From an uncultured delta proteobacterium (GTDB lineage: Bacteria > Myxococcota_A > Polyangia > Polyangiales > Polyangiaceae): DNA of 64,000 nt. Position 1 is the first letter of the stretch, and each line of letters opens with the position of its first letter. Position numbers and translations under genes: made by a program. Shown in pieces: positions 43,811-53,976 of this stretch. A model generated the notes under the pieces. That model had not been told where the DNA came from. It ran no database searches and saw nothing but the letters and a program-made list of their open reading frames with translations. The stretch covers positions 288,001 to 352,000 of the forward strand of contig CAVQUB010000002.1 of the NCBI GenBank assembly GCA_963716725.1, given 5' to 3'.

Positions 43811-46800
43811 TCAACACCAGCTGCCGCAGAAGCCCACGCAGCATTTGTTGACACACTGCGCGCTCGACGTGCACGTGCCGCCATTGGCCTTCTGCGAGTA
43901 GCACTTGCCGTCGACGGCGCACCACTTGCTCGAGCTGCAGTCGCTGTGCTTCGCGCAGTTGACGCAGAGGCCAGCGGGGCACTTGCCGCTCGTGCACTCG
44001 AAACCGGCGGCGCAGGCCGCGCCGTAAGCCTTTTCGGCGTAGCACTTGCCGTCGACCGCGCACCAGGCGCTCGACGAGCAATCGCCCTGGGTCACGCAGT
44101 TGACGCAGAGGCCGGCGGGGCACTTGCCGCTCGTGCACTCGAAACCGGCGGCGCAGGCCGCGCCATAGGCCTTCTTTGCGTAGCACTTGCCGTCGACCGC
44201 GCACCAATCGCCGCCCGTGCACTGCGACTGCTGCGCGCACTCGACGCACACCTTGGCCGGACAGTTCCCGCTGGCGCATTCGAAGCCCGCGAAACACGCG
44301 GTGCCATTGCTCTGCTTGGGCTGGCACGAGCCGGTGCCTGAACACCAACTGCCGCCCGAGCAGTGCGACTGCTGGGCGCATTCGACGCAGACCCCGACGA
44401 GGCAGTTCCCGCTACTGCACTCGGCGTTCGCGCCGCAGTACTTGCCGTTGTCGGCCTTTGCGTGACACATGCCGTCGAGCAGACCGCACCACTCGCTGCC
44501 GCTGCAGTCCGCGTGCACGACGCAACCGACGCACGAAAGGAGGGGGCACTTGCCGCTGGCGCACTCGAAGCCATTGACGCACACCGCGCCGCTGGGCTTC
44601 GGCGCCTCGCAGGTGCCTAGACCGCTGCACCATTTGGGTGAGCCACAGTCCGATTGGTTCGCGCAGGCGACACACAGTCCGGCCGGGCAATTCCCGCTGG
44701 CGCACTCGAAGGCGTTCAGACAGGCCGCGCCGTTGACCTTGGGCGCTTCGCAGGTGCCCAAGCCACTGCACCAGTTCTTGCCCTGGCAGTGGGCGTTCGT
44801 GACGCACTGCACGCACAGCCCGGTCGGGCAGTGACCTGAAGCGCAGTCCTGTCCGAGCGTGCACGGGCTGCCGCCGGGGCACGCACCGCAGTCCTTCTGA
44901 CACGCCGGCTCGTCCCAGTGGCAGCTCTCGACGCCGTTGCACTTGCCGTCGCCGCACACGGACTCGCAGGTCGCGCTCGCCTCCCACGCCGTCACGCCGG
45001 CGCACAATCGCACCACGCAGGGGGCACCCTGAATGGCGGCCGCGGTCTCGCCGCAGAGCTGCTTCTTCGTCCAGTCGAAGTAGAGCATCATGCCAACCTT
45101 GCCGAGGTTGACCTGCACGCCGTCGATGGGGATCGAGCCGAAGTCCACGTCGCCTTTGGCGACCAGCGTCACTTCGTCGCCCGCCACCCGCATCAAGATA
45201 TCGGTCGTCTGTTTGCCGCCGGTGCCGAAGTACTTCAGCTCGGTCGTGTAGCGGTAGGCCCAGTCCGTGGCGGTCCTGAAGTAGCCCTGCACGTCGTGGC
45301 TCTTGATCTGCTTCCACTTCTCCAGATCGGTCCCGGGCAACAAGCTGCTGGCGGTCCTGCCGCGGAACAGGACTTCGACACCGTCCGAATCGGAGTAGGT
45401 GTACATGCTCGCCGCGGCCAGCGGGGTCGGGGTCAAATCGATGCCCACCTCGCTGCCGATGAGGGCAGCCACCTTGGCTTTCGCCGGCAGCTTCAGGTTC
45501 AGCTCGCCGACGATCATCTCGGCGATGTCGAGCTGCTTGGCCGGGATCCCGGCGAGCGACGCCGCGAGCCCTCCGATGGCCGTGTTCAGAACCAGCGGGT
45601 GAGCGAGTCCATCTCCCTTGGGGTCAAAGTCCACGATCCGCGCGACGCTCGCGGCCAGCAACTTCACGCTGGGGACCGCGGCGGTCCCCTGGATGTAACT
45701 GTGACCGCTGACCGGGCGGATCTTGCTCGTCGTCCCATCCCAGAGCGGCAGCGCGCTCTGCAGTTTCAGGGCTCCGTGGTCCGATCCGCCAATGCTGCCC
45801 ATGGACTTGGCGGCATCGTTCTGCATCGGCTTCGGCACCTGGAACAGCCAGAGCGGGTCACAGGGGTCCTGCAGGTACCGGATCAGCGTGGCGTTGGCGA
45901 TGGGCCCCGACTTGAACTCAGGGGGCGGCGGCTGGCTGGTCCATGGACCGCGAAAGGTGATGTTGTTGAGAGGATCCCCGAAGCTGAACTGGAAATACTT
46001 GCTGTCCTTGGGCACGAGCGTGAGGCCGCCGAGGGCGGCGATGGCTTCCGTGCCGGTGATGATCTCGAGCTTCGCTTTGACGGCGACGTCGAGGTCGAGG
46101 TTCATCCCGAAGGTCGGCGTGGGCAACTTCGTGGACTGGAAGCTGGCGGACACGCCGGAACCCTGCTTGGTGAGGATCAGCTTGTAGGGCGTGATCGGTA
46201 TGTCCCCGAGCGGAGTGTGGATCACCGACGGGCCACTGAGGCTGTAGCTGCCATTGCCCTCGTCCACCCATTTGTCCTTGCCGTTGGCGGGACCGATGAA
46301 CGTGGCGCACGCAAAGCCGTCGACGGGGATGAAGGAGCTCTTGGTGGGATCCGTGATGGGAGGACCGCAGACGAAGCCCTGCCCGCCCGGGACACAGGCA
46401 AGGCCCGGCGCACAATCGCCGGGCGCGGTGCACGAAGCGCCGACAGCGCAGGCCCCGCAGTCAGCCTGGCAGCTGCCGAGCGCGCAGGTCTCGCCGGAGT
46501 CGCAGACTCCGTTGCCGCACAGCCCCGAGGGCGCCAGCTGACAGCTCGAGCTGCAGGCGTCCCCCAAAACGGAATTCCCGTCGTCGCACTCCTCCCCGGC
46601 GCCGAGATTCAGCTTTCCATCTCCACACGCAGAGGTGGTGCAGTCGATGTTGCACCCCGCTGACTCGCCGCCGTCGTCGCACTGCTCGGGGGCGCTCACA
46701 TAGCTGTTGCCGCAGCCCACCGGGATCTCGATGGCGCAGGTGGCGTCGCATCCGTCGCCAGCGGCGGTGCCGCCGTCGTCGCACTGCTCGCCCGCCAAGG

Positions 46801-47047
46801 CATTCGGGATGCCGTCTCCGCAGGCGCTGACGGTGCAGTCGTGATTGCAGGTCGCGGACTGGCTGCCGTCGTCGCAGGCTTCGGCGCCCTCGACGGCTCC
46901 GTTGCCGCACTTCGCTGGCGCCGCGCCGCCACTGCCGCCGCTCCCACCCGTACCAGTGGCCGCTTCATCCTCGCCACAGGCGACCACGCCGCCGAAGCCC
47001 ACCAGTCCAATTCCGAGCACCCAGCATCCCAATGCGCGACCGTCCAT
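43811..47047 (-). CDS. Large Cys-rich repeat lipoprotein (myxobacterial CGDG/ECDDG repeats plus C-terminal 47-aa Cys repeats)
   Basis: AGGAGG RBS, lipobox VVAC, CGNG..E.CDDG repeats, Cys-poor central domain, about 7 C-terminal Cys repeats. Confidence 0.85.
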   Translation of the reverse strand: MDGRALGCWVLGIGLVGFGGVVACGEDEAATGTGGSGGSGGAAPAKCGNGAVEGAEACDDGSQSATCNHDCTVSACGDGIPNALAGEQCDDGGTAAGDGCDATCAIEIPVGCGNSYVSAPEQCDDGGESAGCNIDCTTSACGDGKLNLGAGEECDDGNSVLGDACSSSCQLAPSGLCGNGVCDSGETCALGSCQADCGACAVGASCTAPGDCAPGLACVPGGQGFVCGPPITDPTKSSFIPVDGFACATFIGPANGKDKWVDEGNGSYSLSGPSVIHTPLGDIPITPYKLILTKQGSGVSASFQSTKLPTPTFGMNLDLDVAVKAKLEIITGTEAIAALGGLTLVPKDSKYFQFSFGDPLNNITFRGPWTSQPPPPEFKSGPIANATLIRYLQDPCDPLWLFQVPKPMQNDAAKSMGSIGGSDHGALKLQSALPLWDGTTSKIRPVSGHSYIQGTAAVPSVKLLAASVARIVDFDPKGDGLAHPLVLNTAIGGLAASLAGIPAKQLDIAEMIVGELNLKLPAKAKVAALIGSEVGIDLTPTPLAAASMYTYSDSDGVEVLFRGRTASSLLPGTDLEKWKQIKSHDVQGYFRTATDWAYRYTTELKYFGTGGKQTTDILMRVAGDEVTLVAKGDVDFGSIPIDGVQVNLGKVGMMLYFDWTKKQLCGETAAAIQGAPCVVRLCAGVTAWEASATCESVCGDGKCNGVESCHWDEPACQKDCGACPGGSPCTLGQDCASGHCPTGLCVQCVTNAHCQGKNWCSGLGTCEAPKVNGAACLNAFECASGNCPAGLCVACANQSDCGSPKWCSGLGTCEAPKPSGAVCVNGFECASGKCPLLSCVGCVVHADCSGSEWCGLLDGMCHAKADNGKYCGANAECSSGNCLVGVCVECAQQSHCSGGSWCSGTGSCQPKQSNGTACFAGFECASGNCPAKVCVECAQQSQCTGGDWCAVDGKCYAKKAYGAACAAGFECTSGKCPAGLCVNCVTQGDCSSSAWCAVDGKCYAEKAYGAACAAGFECTSGKCPAGLCVNCAKHSDCSSSKWCAVDGKCYSQKANGGTCTSSAQCVNKCCVGFCGSWC
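43898..44207. repeat. 141-nt intragenic tandem repeat (47-aa unit)
   Basis: gtagcacttgccgtcgac recurs at 43898, 44039 and 44180 with near-identical internal segments. Confidence 0.85.
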
Positions 47048-47305
47048 TCATCCTCCTGGCCTCGAGCCCGATCGCGCATCATCGAGGGTCGATGGGGCTT
47101 CGCCAATGACGGAGGTCAACTCGCACGCAGTGACCAGCCACCCTCGCGGGGCTACCAAGACGTCGTTGCCGTCGGGCGCAGGCCTGGCGGTGCGGACGAT
47201 GTCGGCGAAGGAGAAGCCGCGCTTGTGCGCTTACCGCGGGGGCCGCCCCGGCGAGCACGCTGCCGCTCCGAACCCCCGGCATTGGCTCAATAGAACGCGC
47301 CGCCC

Positions 47306-48616
47306 TCAAGCGGGACGAACGACCCGAATCAGCCCGGCCTTCTCGGCCGACGCCAACGAACCCACGAGTGTCTCTGCCAAGCCATCGGGATTCGACGTCA
47401 GCTCGGGACCGCCGAGGACCCCGACGGACCGATCCCGGCCCTCGACCTTGGCGATGTACAGCGCTTGGTCGGCCAATCGCAAAGACGCCTCCCACGACAT
47501 CACGGTGGGATTCCGGTCCGAGAGGGGGTGGAGAGTCCACCCGATGGACGCCGTTTGCTTCAGGACCTTGCCGCCCGCGAGCCGAAACTCCTGCTTTCGA
47601 AGCGTCGACAGGATCCGGTTCACGACCAGCTCGACCTGGTGGCGGTCCTCCCAAGGCACGCGGAGCACCACGGCGAACTCTTCTCCACCCCAGCGGACGG
47701 CCTCGTCGCATTTGCGGATGCTTCGGGCGATGAGCGCACCGACCTCTTTCAGCACGAGATCGCCGGCGTCGTGTCCGTGTTCGTCGTTGACGCGCTTGAA
47801 ATGGTCGAGGTCGATCACGAGCAGACCGAGCGCCACGACTCGAAGCGGCTTGCGCCGGTCTTGAAACACGCAGGAGCTCTCCGCCGCCGCGGCCTCTTTG
47901 TCCAGAAGCACCCCGAAGAAGCGCCGATTGAACAGGCCGGTCAGCGGGTCGCGCAACGCTTGATCGGTGAGCTCGAGCTCGAGGACGATCGCGTGTCGAC
48001 GCAGGCGGGCTTGCTGCAGCGAGATCGCCGTGACCGTGGGCAGGTACACACACAACAGCGCGAGCAGCGTCTTCTCGCCCCAGCCGCGGTCATCGAGCGC
48101 CGTCATCACGCCCAGCGCCGTGAGGTTCGGCACGGCATACAGCAAGAACGCAACCGCGCTGGACCCCAGGCTGGACAGGCCGGCAGCGACGACGCCCGTC
48201 GCGCAGGTGGCGAGCAGCGCCGATTGCGCCGGTTCGAGCCGTGGATAGGCGACCGCCATCAGCGCACCGAGCGCGACGCCGGTGGCTCCAACGCCGACGT
48301 GGAAAGCGGCTTCCCTGCCGCGCGGGCTCGGGAACGGATTCCGCCCAGCACGGTCCAGTGAATAGAGGACCAGTCGAGCCGCGATCAGGCCAGCGAGCAC
48401 GCCGAGGGCGACTCTCACACCGAGCCCGCCCGGTCCAATCACGAAGCTCCCGATGACGACGAGCGCGACGGCCATCCCGACGTTGGATGCCATGCCCCGC
48501 TTGTAGAGATCGTCGACGATCCGGTGCTCGATCCGTGCGGCGCGCTCGGCGCTGATTGCGCCCTCACCCGCGCCCCCGCCGTCAGCGCCCGCCATCGCCG
48601 ATTTCACCCCACCCAC
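47306..48616 (-). CDS. Membrane-bound diguanylate cyclase
   Basis: About 6 TM segments, DPLTGLFNRR, DLDHFK, RxxD I-site (RKCD), RWGGEEF. Confidence 0.93.
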   Translation of the reverse strand: MGGVKSAMAGADGGGAGEGAISAERAARIEHRIVDDLYKRGMASNVGMAVALVVIGSFVIGPGGLGVRVALGVLAGLIAARLVLYSLDRAGRNPFPSPRGREAAFHVGVGATGVALGALMAVAYPRLEPAQSALLATCATGVVAAGLSSLGSSAVAFLLYAVPNLTALGVMTALDDRGWGEKTLLALLCVYLPTVTAISLQQARLRRHAIVLELELTDQALRDPLTGLFNRRFFGVLLDKEAAAAESSCVFQDRRKPLRVVALGLLVIDLDHFKRVNDEHGHDAGDLVLKEVGALIARSIRKCDEAVRWGGEEFAVVLRVPWEDRHQVELVVNRILSTLRKQEFRLAGGKVLKQTASIGWTLHPLSDRNPTVMSWEASLRLADQALYIAKVEGRDRSVGVLGGPELTSNPDGLAETLVGSLASAEKAGLIRVVRPA

Positions 48617-48659
48617 TCGGCCAGCTTACACGCCCGGTCGGGACCCGCACTATCGGTAG

Positions 48660-49700
48660 TCACCGCGTCCCCGAGAACCCGCGCACCGTCCCGCGCCCCG
48701 GGCCGGCGCCGCCGGCCGAACCCAGTGGCGCGGGCTGCGCGTCCAGCTTGCCGAGCGGACCCGTGAGTCGGTAGGCATAGAAGCCGTCGGGACGCTTGGC
48801 GGTCTTGTTCTTCGGATCCAGATCGAAGAGCCCCGGCAGCGAGGACCCCGGTTCGCCGAAGAGCGCCTTCGTGGTGTCGTTCTTGGTCTTGAGCTTGTCG
48901 GCGAACTTGAAGCGAAAGCTGAGCTCCGCCAGGCTCATGTCCACGGGCTCGCGCAAGCGAATGGTGCCATCCGCGGCGAGCTCGACGTCGCTGCCGTTGG
49001 CCGCGAGCTTCTCGATCTTGAGCCGCCCCTCCGTGGCCTCGGCGATGAGTTCGAGCTCCCCCGCCTCGACGCGAGGCAGCGCGATGGTGTCACGGACCTT
49101 GGCTTTGCCATCGCCAAAGGCCAGATCCGTGATCTTCAGCGACACCTTGCCCTCGGCCTTGGAGAGCCTTGCCTCCGGCATGCGCAGGTCGATGTTTCCG
49201 CTCAGCTTGCCTTCGAGCGGCAGCCCGACGACCTCACGCATCAGGGGCAAGTCGCCGACGTTCACGCCATCGAGCTCGAGCACGAGACTCCGTGCGCCGT
49301 CCGCATCCGACGTGCTGCCGCTGAGGTTTCCCCCAAAGGCCTCGCCTCCAAACGCGATGTGCAGGGTGCCGAAGAGCAGGCGGAACAGCGAGACGCGCAG
49401 GTGGATGTCGTCCACCGTCACGACGCGCCCGTTCTCTTGCTTGCCGTCCGGCTTCTGCTCCGCCGGAGCCCCGTGCAGCTTCACGCCTTGGGCCTCGACG
49501 CCCGAGATCCAGTAGCCGCTCATCTTTTCGATTTCGAGACGGGTGCCTGCGCCAGCGGGTTGGCGGGCGTTGAACTCGGCGACGAGCCGGTCTCTGAGGC
49601 GATCGTAGGGGAAGCTCAGGAGCAGAAAGAACGTCAGCGCGACCAGGTAGAAGGTCGGAAAGAGCACCCCCTTGAGCACCTTCTTTGCGCGGGGGCTCAT
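48660..49700 (-). CDS. gspN: T2SS protein N
   Basis: N-terminal TM then FPYD, beta-rich body; last gene of the gsp operon. Confidence 0.8.
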   Translation of the reverse strand: MSPRAKKVLKGVLFPTFYLVALTFFLLLSFPYDRLRDRLVAEFNARQPAGAGTRLEIEKMSGYWISGVEAQGVKLHGAPAEQKPDGKQENGRVVTVDDIHLRVSLFRLLFGTLHIAFGGEAFGGNLSGSTSDADGARSLVLELDGVNVGDLPLMREVVGLPLEGKLSGNIDLRMPEARLSKAEGKVSLKITDLAFGDGKAKVRDTIALPRVEAGELELIAEATEGRLKIEKLAANGSDVELAADGTIRLREPVDMSLAELSFRFKFADKLKTKNDTTKALFGEPGSSLPGLFDLDPKNKTAKRPDGFYAYRLTGPLGKLDAQPAPLGSAGGAGPGRGTVRGFSGTR

Positions 49701-50275
49701 GGTTCCACCCCGGGGTCCGGTTTGGATTCCTTCTTCTTCTCCTCGGCCTTGCGGTCGAAGGCGCTCACGATCATCTCGACGTCGTAAGAGTCCGGCTCGG
49801 TGGCTCGCTTGCGGATGTTGAGCCGAGCCACGCTCACCGGATGACCCGACTGCGCCATCTTTTCCATGAAGGTGACCAGCTTCAGCATGCCGACCTTGCG
49901 CAGCATGATCTTGGTGGAGCGCTCTTCGAAGCGTTTGCCGTGGGGGACCATCGCGCGGTCCTGGCTCTCCGGGATCTCGATCTGCACGCCGGTCGCCAGC
50001 TTCTCGAGGAAGGAAGCCAGCGGGGGGGTCACCTGGGAGTAGCGCTGGGCGAGTTGTTGCCGCTCGTGGTCACGGGCGGCGATCTGGGAGCGACTCGCCT
50101 GGATGCTCTCGACGGCCCCGCGCAGAGACTCGTTTTCGCCTCGCTTGCTCGCGAGCATCGCCGCGACGCCGGCCGGCAGCGCCAAGAGAAAGAGAGCCGC
50201 AAACACCGTGAGCAAGATGCCCAACAGCTGCCTCTCGCGGGGCTCCAGTTGCTGAATGCGATCACCTAGGGACAT
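49697..50275 (-). CDS. gspM: T2SS protein M
   Basis: LEPRERQLL N-terminus, single TM, position after gspL. Confidence 0.8.
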   Translation of the reverse strand: MSLGDRIQQLEPRERQLLGILLTVFAALFLLALPAGVAAMLASKRGENESLRGAVESIQASRSQIAARDHERQQLAQRYSQVTPPLASFLEKLATGVQIEIPESQDRAMVPHGKRFEERSTKIMLRKVGMLKLVTFMEKMAQSGHPVSVARLNIRKRATEPDSYDVEMIVSAFDRKAEEKKKESKPDPGVEP

Positions 50276-50278
50276 GAC

Positions 50279-51754
50279 TCACTCCGGCGCGGCTTCGCCG
50301 CCCTCCGTCTTCTTCTTGGCCTTCTTCTCGTCGGCACACTTGACGTCGAGCTCCAGCACGTACTTCTGGCGGTCGCTGTTGATGACCTGCGTCATCTTCG
50401 AAATCTTCACGTCGTTGTAGCAGCGCACGTTCTTCAAGTTTGCGGCGATGGTCTGGGCGTCCTCGGCCGAGCCCACCACGCCGTTGACCTTCACGTGGCC
50501 CCGCTGCACGTCCAGCTCCTCGATGTCGTGGGTCACGCTGGAAGGAACGGCCTTCGAGATCTCCACCATCACGTCGAAGGCGTCGCTCTGGGGACGCGGG
50601 TCCACTTCGTCCTTGCCCAGGCTCTTTTCCAAGAGGTTCTTGGCTTCTTCGGGATCGGTGGTCTCTTGCCCCAGCACCTGTTTGCTCAAACTGGCGAGGG
50701 CGCGCGAGAGCACTTCTTCGTCGTGCACCAGCGTGCGGAGCTCGGCCCAGGCCGCGAAGCCGAAGCTCACCAAGATCGCGACGCCGAGCCCAGTCAGGAG
50801 CGGGATCCGATCCTTGATGAAGCCGTAGCCGCGCTGAAACGCCAGCGGCCCGCGGCGCAGGTCGAGATCGCGGGCTCGCCCGCCCAGTCCTAGACCGATG
50901 GAAATCGCCTTGGCAAAACGCGGCATCGCCTCCACCAGCTCGGGCGGCACGCCCTCGACGTCCAAACGCGGCAACGGACCCACCGGCACGCCGAGCTCGT
51001 GGGCGAGGTACGCTTCGGCCCCAGGCGCGGCTGCTCCGCCACCCAGCAGATAGATCTGAGTGAGGGGCTCACCTCCCTGCGCCGCAAACGCCGCGGTGGT
51101 CTGCCGCAGCTCCGAGGCCAAGGCCGGCGCCGTCTCCGGCAGACCCGCTACTCCGCGAGACAGCGTGCGGGCGAAGACCGGCGCTCCAGCGGCGAGCACG
51201 ACGACCTCGGAGTTCTTGCCGCCGAGGTCGACCAGCGCCACCGGACCCGGCACGGCTAGCTCGGGACAGACACTGGCCAGGTTGGCTAGTGAGAGCGGTC
51301 CCACGGCCATACGTTCCACTGGCCGACCGAGCACCCGCATCACCTGATCGATGCGCGCACGAACGTGCTCGATGCGGGCTGCCGCGGCCAAGACGACCAC
51401 CGGCGCCTGACCGTCGCTGCGGCGGAGCACGCGGTAGTCGAAGACCAGCTCGTCGAAGTCCACGGGGACCTGCGCCTCGAGCTCGAAAGGAATGACCTCC
51501 GCCAGCTGCTTCATGGCCGTGCTGGGCAGCTTCAGCCGATGCAAGAAGGTCTGCTCGCCGTCCATGGCCACGGACACGGACTCGCTGTGCTGCACCAGCG
51601 GCAACGCGCAGGTCGCCAGCGCCTGCTCGGTGTCTTCTGGCGACGCGATCTCTACCTCGAGCATTCGCTCGATCGCCACGCGGCGGTAGCTGGTGCTGAG
51701 CACCACCGCTCGGACGTGCGAAGCGCGAAAGTCGATTCCTACGAGTCTTGCCAT
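50279..51754 (-). CDS. gspL: T2SS protein L (PilM-like cytoplasmic domain plus PilN-like periplasmic domain)
   Basis: VGIDF, FELEAQVP, VDLGG, GGGA, DLRRG then TM. Confidence 0.82.
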   Translation of the reverse strand: MARLVGIDFRASHVRAVVLSTSYRRVAIERMLEVEIASPEDTEQALATCALPLVQHSESVSVAMDGEQTFLHRLKLPSTAMKQLAEVIPFELEAQVPVDFDELVFDYRVLRRSDGQAPVVVLAAAARIEHVRARIDQVMRVLGRPVERMAVGPLSLANLASVCPELAVPGPVALVDLGGKNSEVVVLAAGAPVFARTLSRGVAGLPETAPALASELRQTTAAFAAQGGEPLTQIYLLGGGAAAPGAEAYLAHELGVPVGPLPRLDVEGVPPELVEAMPRFAKAISIGLGLGGRARDLDLRRGPLAFQRGYGFIKDRIPLLTGLGVAILVSFGFAAWAELRTLVHDEEVLSRALASLSKQVLGQETTDPEEAKNLLEKSLGKDEVDPRPQSDAFDVMVEISKAVPSSVTHDIEELDVQRGHVKVNGVVGSAEDAQTIAANLKNVRCYNDVKISKMTQVINSDRQKYVLELDVKCADEKKAKKKTEGGEAAPE

Positions 51755-51793
51755 GGGCGAATACCAATCAGTCGGACGAAGATGAAGCGCCGC

Positions 51794-53263
51794 TCAGTCG
51801 ACGCGATAGTAGATGATGTTGCCACCGGGGTTGGGCTGGAATGCGGCGGCGATGGCGGCTTCGGTGGCGCCCTCAGGCAGCGGGCTCGCCCCGGCTGCGG
51901 CCGCGCCCGCGCCTGCCGCGGCTGCGGCGGCCTCGACGGCGCTCATGGTGCCCGGCGCCGCGCCCGGCGGCGGGGCCCCGCGGAAATCCACCACCGCGTG
52001 GATCCTCACGCGCGTCTCGCGCTTGCCCGCCTTCACGTAGCCGGTGGAGTAAATGCTGAACACCAGGCTTTCGGTGGTGATCCCCTTGAGCGTCTCGGTG
52101 TCCGACAAGAGCTGGATGGGCTTCATCTCGAGGGCCGACAGCGCGGCGCCGAACATGCCCTTGCCCTTCAGCGCGCTGAGGAACGCCTTCGGTGTGCCGA
52201 AGAGGGGAGCGCCCGCCGTGAACGACTTGACCAGATCGAAGGCCGTCAGAAACTTCAGAGCTTCTGCCGGATCGCTGCAGAGTGGGGTCCCGGGCACCGC
52301 CGCGCCGCAGATCACGGCGAGCACGGTCTGCGGGTTCGCGGTGTTGACGTTGACCTTGCCCTGTCCCCAGACCGTCATCACACGTTTCTCGGGGCGGCTC
52401 GGATCCGGATCGACGAAGGTCGCCCAGAAGTCCTCGCCGACGCCTCGCACCAAACGCAGCTCCTCGATGCTGTCGAAGGCCGCGTTCTTCCGCGGGTAGG
52501 GCTTCTTGAGCAGCTGGTAGTAGGAGTCTTCGGCGCCGGCTTGCTGCGCCGACCCCGAGTGCGGGTCGCAGACGTAGGCTTCTTGGTCCGGATCCGTCCA
52601 GTCGATGATGGCCCCGCAGATGGCCTGACGATCCGAGAACTGCCCGTCGGCGTCTCGGCTGGAGAACATCGGATCGTATTGCGGGCCGGAGAGCAGACCA
52701 ATGAGCTGCGCCGCCAGGCGGGCTTGGCTGAACGCATCGCCGCGCGCCGGCGTGTTGATGTTGACCTTGGCGTCCTCGTCGACGATTCGGATCTCGAACC
52801 CCGCGCCGTCGAGCCCCAGGTTCTTGCCTTCGCTGATCGAGACGCCCGCGAGGCTCAGGAAGGACTCGTTGCCCTCGCTGTCGTTGAACGCACCGAGCAC
52901 CCGATCGGCGAACTCCCAGACGGGGATCTGCGGCGGGCCCTGCTTCATCAGCAAGAACAGCGGAGCGAGAGCCTTGCGAATGGTCGGCTCCGAAGCGATC
53001 AGGAGCCGCGACAGGTTGACGGAGCTCTTGGCCGCGTACTCCGCCTTCAACGCGTCACGCTGCGAGAGCGCGCTGCCGAGCTCGGCGCTGGTCTCGTCTT
53101 GGAACTCGGCCAGCATCACCGCCAAGATCGTCAGCGCCGAGAGCACCAGCACGATGGCGACACCGCGACGCGGCTGCCGCCGACGTGGCCGCCGCCCGCC
53201 GCGTCTGGGAGGGCATGGGTCGGCGGTGGCGCCCCGACGCAGCAATGTCAGCACTCGTTTCAT
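51794..53263 (-). CDS. gspK: T2SS minor pseudopilin K
   Basis: RRG|VAIVLVL, DEDAKVNIN, IIDWTD, KNAAFDSIEEL, NVNTA. Confidence 0.88.
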   Translation of the reverse strand: MKRVLTLLRRGATADPCPPRRGGRRPRRRQPRRGVAIVLVLSALTILAVMLAEFQDETSAELGSALSQRDALKAEYAAKSSVNLSRLLIASEPTIRKALAPLFLLMKQGPPQIPVWEFADRVLGAFNDSEGNESFLSLAGVSISEGKNLGLDGAGFEIRIVDEDAKVNINTPARGDAFSQARLAAQLIGLLSGPQYDPMFSSRDADGQFSDRQAICGAIIDWTDPDQEAYVCDPHSGSAQQAGAEDSYYQLLKKPYPRKNAAFDSIEELRLVRGVGEDFWATFVDPDPSRPEKRVMTVWGQGKVNVNTANPQTVLAVICGAAVPGTPLCSDPAEALKFLTAFDLVKSFTAGAPLFGTPKAFLSALKGKGMFGAALSALEMKPIQLLSDTETLKGITTESLVFSIYSTGYVKAGKRETRVRIHAVVDFRGAPPPGAAPGTMSAVEAAAAAAGAGAAAAGASPLPEGATEAAIAAAFQPNPGGNIIYYRVD

Positions 53264-53976
53264 TGGGTCGCGTAGGTGAGGGCTCGTTGGATGGGGATGC
53301 CGATCTTGGCCGAGAACCGGATGGGCTCGCGACCGCGGCCTTCGCCAGCGCGTCGACCTTCGTTCAGGACCAAAATCACGCGGATCTGTAGGGGCAGCCG
53401 CCCGAGCTGTCCCGTGGCCTGGCTGGTGTCCCAGGTCTCGGACCATTGGCCCGTGAGCGGGTCCAGGTATTCGAGGTCGAAGAGATCGATGTCGGTGGCC
53501 AGCACCTCGACCCGCCCGCCGCGCTCGGGCTTGAGATCGGGCCGCCCGCTCACGCGGCGCACCAGGTGCGTGGTGCCCTGCTGCTTCTTGTCGCTCTCAC
53601 CAAAATAGGAGATCTCGGCCTGATCCGAGTCGTGCGCGTCGCGATCGCGCCGCACGTTGGAGAAAGAGGCGAAGTCCACCCGGTCGGCCGGCGTGCCGCG
53701 GGTACCGATGAAGGCGGTCTTCACCACCACGATGCTCTGGTCGATGGGAATGTGCGCGGAAACGTAGGCGCTCTGGAGCTCTCGGGTGATGCGTGCCATG
53801 GCCAGGCGGCCCTCGCGATAGCGGTCCCCCACCCGCTGAATGCCTTCACGGCTGCGCTTCATCCCCGCAAAGGCCGAGTAGATGAGCACCGAGATCATCG
53901 ACAACACGGCGATGGCGACCAGCAGCTCGATCAGCGTGAAGCCGCGGAGCAGCGTCGGAATTCTGCGCCGCCTCAC
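53260..53976 (-). CDS. gspJ: T2SS minor pseudopilin J
   Basis: RG|FTLIELLVA; GTG start overlapping gspI stop. Confidence 0.85.
   Translation of the reverse strand: MRRRRIPTLLRGFTLIELLVAIAVLSMISVLIYSAFAGMKRSREGIQRVGDRYREGRLAMARITRELQSAYVSAHIPIDQSIVVVKTAFIGTRGTPADRVDFASFSNVRRDRDAHDSDQAEISYFGESDKKQQGTTHLVRRVSGRPDLKPERGGRVEVLATDIDLFDLEYLDPLTGQWSETWDTSQATGQLGRLPLQIRVILVLNEGRRAGEGRGREPIRFSAKIGIPIQRALTYATQ

Noticed and set aside
43898..44207. 141-nt repeats as a CRISPR-like array
   Set aside because: In-frame protein repeats with similar inter-repeat sequence; no cas genes.
47050..47305. Riboswitch or gene remnant upstream of the Cys-rich lipoprotein
   Set aside because: No recognisable c-di-GMP riboswitch motif; the short open stretch has no start codon or identifiable homology.
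17927..48645. Shared 13-mer ggtcccgaccggg near the mglC and GGDEF promoters
   Set aside because: GC-rich 13-mer matches are expected by chance in 64 kb, and the orientations differ.
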